DNA from: Promethearchaeota archaeon
GTDB lineage: Archaea > Asgardarchaeota > Lokiarchaeia > Sigyniarchaeales > SOKP01
Direction: 5' to 3'
Assembly: GCA_016839745.1 (NCBI GenBank)
Contig: JAEOTS010000116.1
Span: forward strand, 1-64,000
DNA: 64,000 bases
Under the pieces are notes generated by a model that worked only from the letters and a program-made list of their open reading frames with translations, was not told the origin of the DNA and ran no database searches. Of this stretch, positions 60,079 to 64,000 are shown one piece after another; the stretch's first letter is position 1, and the number at the start of each line of letters is the position of its first letter. Position numbers and translations under genes: made by a program.

Positions 60079-61278
60079 TTGATATTGTCTGAACGGCACC
60101 CAGAAAATATAGTTATCTGTATTGACACATCTAGATCGATGTACCGAGCAGACTATAAACCAAATCGCTTGAAAAGTAGCGTAGGCGCCGTGAAAAAATT
60201 AATAAATGAAAGATTTGCCGAAGATACTTCTAGTGCCTTTGCGGTTGTTAATTTTTCAGATAAACCAAAAAAAAAAATGGATTTTACAAATAGCGCGAGT
60301 AAAATTTTCGAAGCCCTAGACTCTTTGGAAGTCTCTGGGAAATCTGCAATGGGAGAGGCTTTAGGACTTTCAATTAAATTGATTATCTCAGAACTACGCA
60401 AAATTGAGGCTAAAATTCCTCGTATTCTTGTGATATCTGACGGAAACTTCACTAAGATGTCCATTGATCCCTTGAAAATGGCTCGCTTGGCTCAAGGTTT
60501 AAATATAAAAATAGATTCATTTCGTCTGGGCGAACTATCTCCTCTTAATACCTTAAAAAGGATGAGTGATCTCACGGGGGGCAATTATTATTATAATAAC
60601 GACGAGAAATCCTTATTACAAGCAGCACACGACTTAGCAATCTCAAATATTAAAACATATGGTGATGGGGCTAACTCGCTTATCGAAAATCCTGCTTTTC
60701 TCAGAAAAATTGCCGCTGATCTTTTAAGAGTTCAAGATTTAACTAAAGACCAGGAACAGCGCTTGTTACAAATAAGAGGTTTAGCAGATTATAAAAAATG
60801 TTCGATCTGTTTTTCTGATGAAAATCCATATACGAAAAGTTCGTTTTATGTTAGCGGTAGATATTGTCCTAACTGCCAAGCACCATATCATGTGCATTGT
60901 TTATCCTCCTGGGCTAATTCCCAAAAGGAGAGAAAAATGAAACAGGCTGGAGCGGTACGATGCCCTCATTGTTACTACTTGCTAAAAATTCCAACTGAAG
61001 TTTCCCAAGCTCAAAAACTAACATCTCTAGCGAAACCAATAATTAAAGAAAATAAAGGTCCCGCAAGACCCGAACGTTCTCATGTAGAATCAATTAAATT
61101 CAGCGACTTAGATTCGGACGCGATGTTTAATTCTTGTCCTGTGTGTAATTTTATATTTGAAGAAGGGCAAAATATCTTAAAGTGTCAAAACTGCGATACT
61201 CTGTATCATGGAAAATGTTTTAAAGATTTACAAAATAGTAGATGTAAAAACTGTGGTGTTAAATTGCATCAATATTAA
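60079..61278 (+). CDS. vWA-domain protein (Ssl1/Rpn10-like) with two RING-like zinc fingers
   Basis: MIDAS DTSRSM, DYKPNRL, ISDG, TGGNY; CxxC..CxxC..HxxC..CxxC twice. Confidence 0.85.
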   Translation: MILSERHPENIVICIDTSRSMYRADYKPNRLKSSVGAVKKLINERFAEDTSSAFAVVNFSDKPKKKMDFTNSASKIFEALDSLEVSGKSAMGEALGLSIKLIISELRKIEAKIPRILVISDGNFTKMSIDPLKMARLAQGLNIKIDSFRLGELSPLNTLKRMSDLTGGNYYYNNDEKSLLQAAHDLAISNIKTYGDGANSLIENPAFLRKIAADLLRVQDLTKDQEQRLLQIRGLADYKKCSICFSDENPYTKSSFYVSGRYCPNCQAPYHVHCLSSWANSQKERKMKQAGAVRCPHCYYLLKIPTEVSQAQKLTSLAKPIIKENKGPARPERSHVESIKFSDLDSDAMFNSCPVCNFIFEEGQNILKCQNCDTLYHGKCFKDLQNSRCKNCGVKLHQY

Positions 61279-61370
61279 TCTTCTTTTATAAAACATTCAT
61301 GCAAATATCATCTATAAATATTGATGAAAGATAATTTATCTTATCAACTAATTTATTTAACGAACCAAAT

Positions 61371-62252
61371 ATGATAGAAGATTATTATCTGTATGGTGAT
61401 GCGAAATTAGGGCGTGGTAAGTTTGAGTTACCCCCAATTTTAATTGGCACAATGTTTTATCAGGGTCAAACACTTATTGACAGAAAGGATGAGCGTCAAT
61501 TTGATGTCAATAGGGCAAAAAAAAGAATTGAAGCACAAAAAAGTTTAGCAAATCAGTATAAACTTCCAGATCTAGTTGAAATATCTGCCATTACACCTGA
61601 AGCTATGGTTAAATATCTCGAATTTTATTTGGACAACTATGATCCCCCGTTTGTTTTAGGTGGTAGTTTTGATGCAAAATCTGCTGGAATAGAATACTTA
61701 AATGAAAATGGTATTAAAGCAGACGAGTATATATATAATTCTATATCAAATCTAAAGAGTAAAAAAGAACTTGAACTCATAGAGAAAAACAGAATATCTT
61801 CGGTCGTAATTTTAATCCTTGGAGCCAGTAACATGAGTTCAACGCAGAGGTATGCTTATATTACAGAAAAGAACCAACCGGGTAATCTTAGTATTATAGA
61901 TGGATTGAAAGAACTTGGCGTAGAGAAAATCTGGATCGACGGAGGTGTTATTGATATTGAAAGCTTCTCCCACATTCTTGACACACAACAAATAGTTAGT
62001 AAATCTCTTAAACTCCCTGTTGGTACAGCACCTACGCTTTTTCTTTTTAAATATTCTTCACCTAGACTAAATCTTAAATATCATACTAAATATCGTAAAG
62101 CAAGCATAATGTTTATAGCGTCCTGGTACTCTAACTTTATATTTTATGGAGCAATAGAAGATGCAAAAGAATGTTTTGCGTCAGTTTATCAAGCTATAGA
62201 GCTGAAAAACGTGATGAAAAACAACAACATTAGGCTGTTTGATAATTTGTAA
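61371..62252 (+). CDS. mtrH: MtrH-family pterin-binding methyltransferase
   Basis: PPILIGTMFY, EAMVKYLEF, IYNSI, LPVG.AP, FIFYGAIE. Confidence 0.75.
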   Translation: MIEDYYLYGDAKLGRGKFELPPILIGTMFYQGQTLIDRKDERQFDVNRAKKRIEAQKSLANQYKLPDLVEISAITPEAMVKYLEFYLDNYDPPFVLGGSFDAKSAGIEYLNENGIKADEYIYNSISNLKSKKELELIEKNRISSVVILILGASNMSSTQRYAYITEKNQPGNLSIIDGLKELGVEKIWIDGGVIDIESFSHILDTQQIVSKSLKLPVGTAPTLFLFKYSSPRLNLKYHTKYRKASIMFIASWYSNFIFYGAIEDAKECFASVYQAIELKNVMKNNNIRLFDNL

Positions 62253-62402
62253 AAGTTAAAAATAAGGTAATAATTAATTATCAAAATTTAAATAAGGTTA
62301 ATTGCATACAATTACTAAGGTAATATAGCATATAGATTACTTAATTAGGTTTCCTAATTACCAATATCACATTAATCTCTAAAGAAAAGTGTAATCCTGA
62401 TC

Positions 62403-63548
62403 ATGTATAACAACGACGAAAAAGAAGAAAAAGAAGTTGAAGCGATCAAACTAATTGATTCTGCTGAAATATTAGCCGATAAAGGAAAGGGAGAAGAAGC
62501 AATAAGAGAATATGAGAAAGCAGCACAAATTTATCTCGATTTAGGCGGTTATATTAAATTAGATGAATTGTATATCAGAATTACTCAGATAATTTCTCAA
62601 TTTAGGAACAACATTCAAGCGACATACAGATTAAAATCAATCATTCGAAAAACTGAAGAATTAAAACTATACGAAATATCGGCAAAGTTGCTAATTCAAT
62701 TAGGAAACATTTCTTTTAGAATGAAAGATTGGGAAACTGCAGGGGAAAGTTGGAAAAAAGCTTCGGATTATTTACTAGAATCTGATCCAGAAGAATATAG
62801 AAATTTAGCTTCTATTCTCCTATTAGAAGCGGGTCAAGCGTTTGAACGATCCCAATTAACAAAAGATACGGGAAAACAATTGATTTTAAAAGCAGTCATG
62901 ATCTTAAATGAATTCGACGAACTTTATAAGCAAGAAGAAAAAAAAGCCCACTCTTTACTTATTAATAAAGAATTCGAAGCCGCTGCAGATAAGTTTTATA
63001 CTATTTCCACATATTTTAAAAAATCGTTAGAGAACCTTGAAGATTTATTAAAAGATGCAGAATCCAAAAACACAGTACTAAACGCGAAGGCTAGATTCAT
63101 TCATTTTGTAGCTGAATATCAAACATTTTCAGCGATTTGCTTAACTGCTACAAGGAATGTAGAATTTAACGATAGAATTGAAAGTCTTGGACTCGATTCC
63201 ATAAAGCTATTCAAAGAATCAATATCGCTACTTAAAGACTATCTTTTTCACACTGAAAAAGATTTCGATAGAGAAATCATCTTAAGAGTTACTTTTGACA
63301 CAATGCTGTTATCAATTATTCATAGAATTTTAAATATCGAAGAAATAAAATGTAGTGATTATTTGTTAAGCGAACTCGAAGAAAATAAAGCGCTCGTTAA
63401 AAAGCTCAAAAAAAGCCCATATTTTAAAATAATAGAGAAAATTGAAAAAGCTGGTTTAAATGACGCGTTAGAAGATCTCCTATCAGTAAATTTAGGACAC
63501 TTTGAAAAGATCAAGAATGTGTTAATTTCTAACTTCCAGGAGAAATAG
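62403..63548 (+). CDS. SNAP/TPR-like alpha-solenoid protein
   Basis: A..YEKAAQIY, AGESWKKASDY, A..LLEAGQAF, AADKF helical repeats. Confidence 0.65.
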   Translation: MYNNDEKEEKEVEAIKLIDSAEILADKGKGEEAIREYEKAAQIYLDLGGYIKLDELYIRITQIISQFRNNIQATYRLKSIIRKTEELKLYEISAKLLIQLGNISFRMKDWETAGESWKKASDYLLESDPEEYRNLASILLLEAGQAFERSQLTKDTGKQLILKAVMILNEFDELYKQEEKKAHSLLINKEFEAAADKFYTISTYFKKSLENLEDLLKDAESKNTVLNAKARFIHFVAEYQTFSAICLTATRNVEFNDRIESLGLDSIKLFKESISLLKDYLFHTEKDFDREIILRVTFDTMLLSIIHRILNIEEIKCSDYLLSELEENKALVKKLKKSPYFKIIEKIEKAGLNDALEDLLSVNLGHFEKIKNVLISNFQEK

Positions 63549-63590
63549 TCTCAATTTATACTAAAACTCTCGCGAAAAAAAAGTAGTTGC

Positions 63591-63977
63591 TCAGATATTT
63601 ATGATTACTTTATCAAATTTCAATTTACTTATTTTTCTTACACCATGATTACCCGAGCAATAGTCGCAATAGATTAACCCTGCTTCTTGAAGTTTTTTGA
63701 TTTGAGCTGATATATTAGCTTCTGTCATGTTTAAAATTGAAGCAATGTTAGAAACATCCATCCCTTCATTTGAGTTTTGAATTAGGTGAAGGATCGCGCG
63801 TCTTGTTTCTGAAGTGAGTGCTTTAGCTACCTTTTCGATTTGTTTGTCAGAATTTTTCGTGTAAGAATCATGATTTTCTTCGTACAGGTCTAATTCTAAT
63901 ACTTCATTCAATTTTGAATTTTTCAACTCTGAATCTGTCAATTCAGAATTTGGTAAATTAGTTTCACTCAATTCCAT
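63591..63977 (-). CDS. ArsR-family winged-helix regulator
   Basis: KALTSETRRAIL..VSNIA..L..TEANISAQIKKL.EAGLI..G.HGVRK. Confidence 0.85.
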   Translation of the reverse strand: MELSETNLPNSELTDSELKNSKLNEVLELDLYEENHDSYTKNSDKQIEKVAKALTSETRRAILHLIQNSNEGMDVSNIASILNMTEANISAQIKKLQEAGLIYCDYCSGNHGVRKISKLKFDKVIINI

Positions 63978-64000
63978 AAATATCGTTCAACCCTAAACAA

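Noticed and set aside
2553-61834. Many short ORFs in the track overlapping longer genes (e.g. 3104-3289, 4738-5115, 20067-20381, 24162-24473, 36806-37219, 60153-60464)
   Set aside because: They are antisense or alternate-frame shadows of well-supported genes and have no recognisable motifs.
1-64000. Selenoproteins, tRNA/rRNA genes, CRISPR arrays, transposases
   Set aside because: By eye I saw no in-frame TGA at a conserved Cys position, no GC-rich structured RNA, no spaced direct repeats and no transposase motifs. Small RNAs could have been missed.

Overview
This is an AT-rich, gene-dense archaeal window. It is most consistent with an Asgard archaeon of the Lokiarchaeia type, inferred from RadA, EndA, an A-type ATPase, multidomain Arf-like GTPases, and V4R, vWA-RING and SNAP-like proteins. 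In order it holds: purC and housekeeping genes; an ADAS-like FAD oxidoreductase/CCG Fe-S protein/FGGY kinase operon; an amino-sugar cluster (phosphohexomutase, nagB, glmS, GlmU-like); a 2-hydroxyacyl-CoA dehydratase cluster with a duplicated subunit; two VIT1/CCC1-like genes and a DUF47 gene; an A/V-type ATP synthase operon (K-C-H-F-E-A-B-D-I) followed by a membrane zinc-ribbon gene and a second A subunit with an Arg-to-Pro change in the GERGNE motif; endA/MEMO1/radA; an alpha-glucan/nucleotide-sugar locus; and a cluster of eukaryotic-signature-like genes at 56.5-63.5 kb. Two observations stand out. First, atpC, atpE, atpD and one dehydratase paralog have no in-frame ATG/GTG/TTG for their expected N-termini, and each shows a Shine-Dalgarno-positioned ACG, ATT or GCG followed by Ser. 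Second, the atpA paralog is probably non-catalytic. I saw no RNA genes, CRISPR arrays or mobile elements. All calls come from reading motifs by eye, without database searches.
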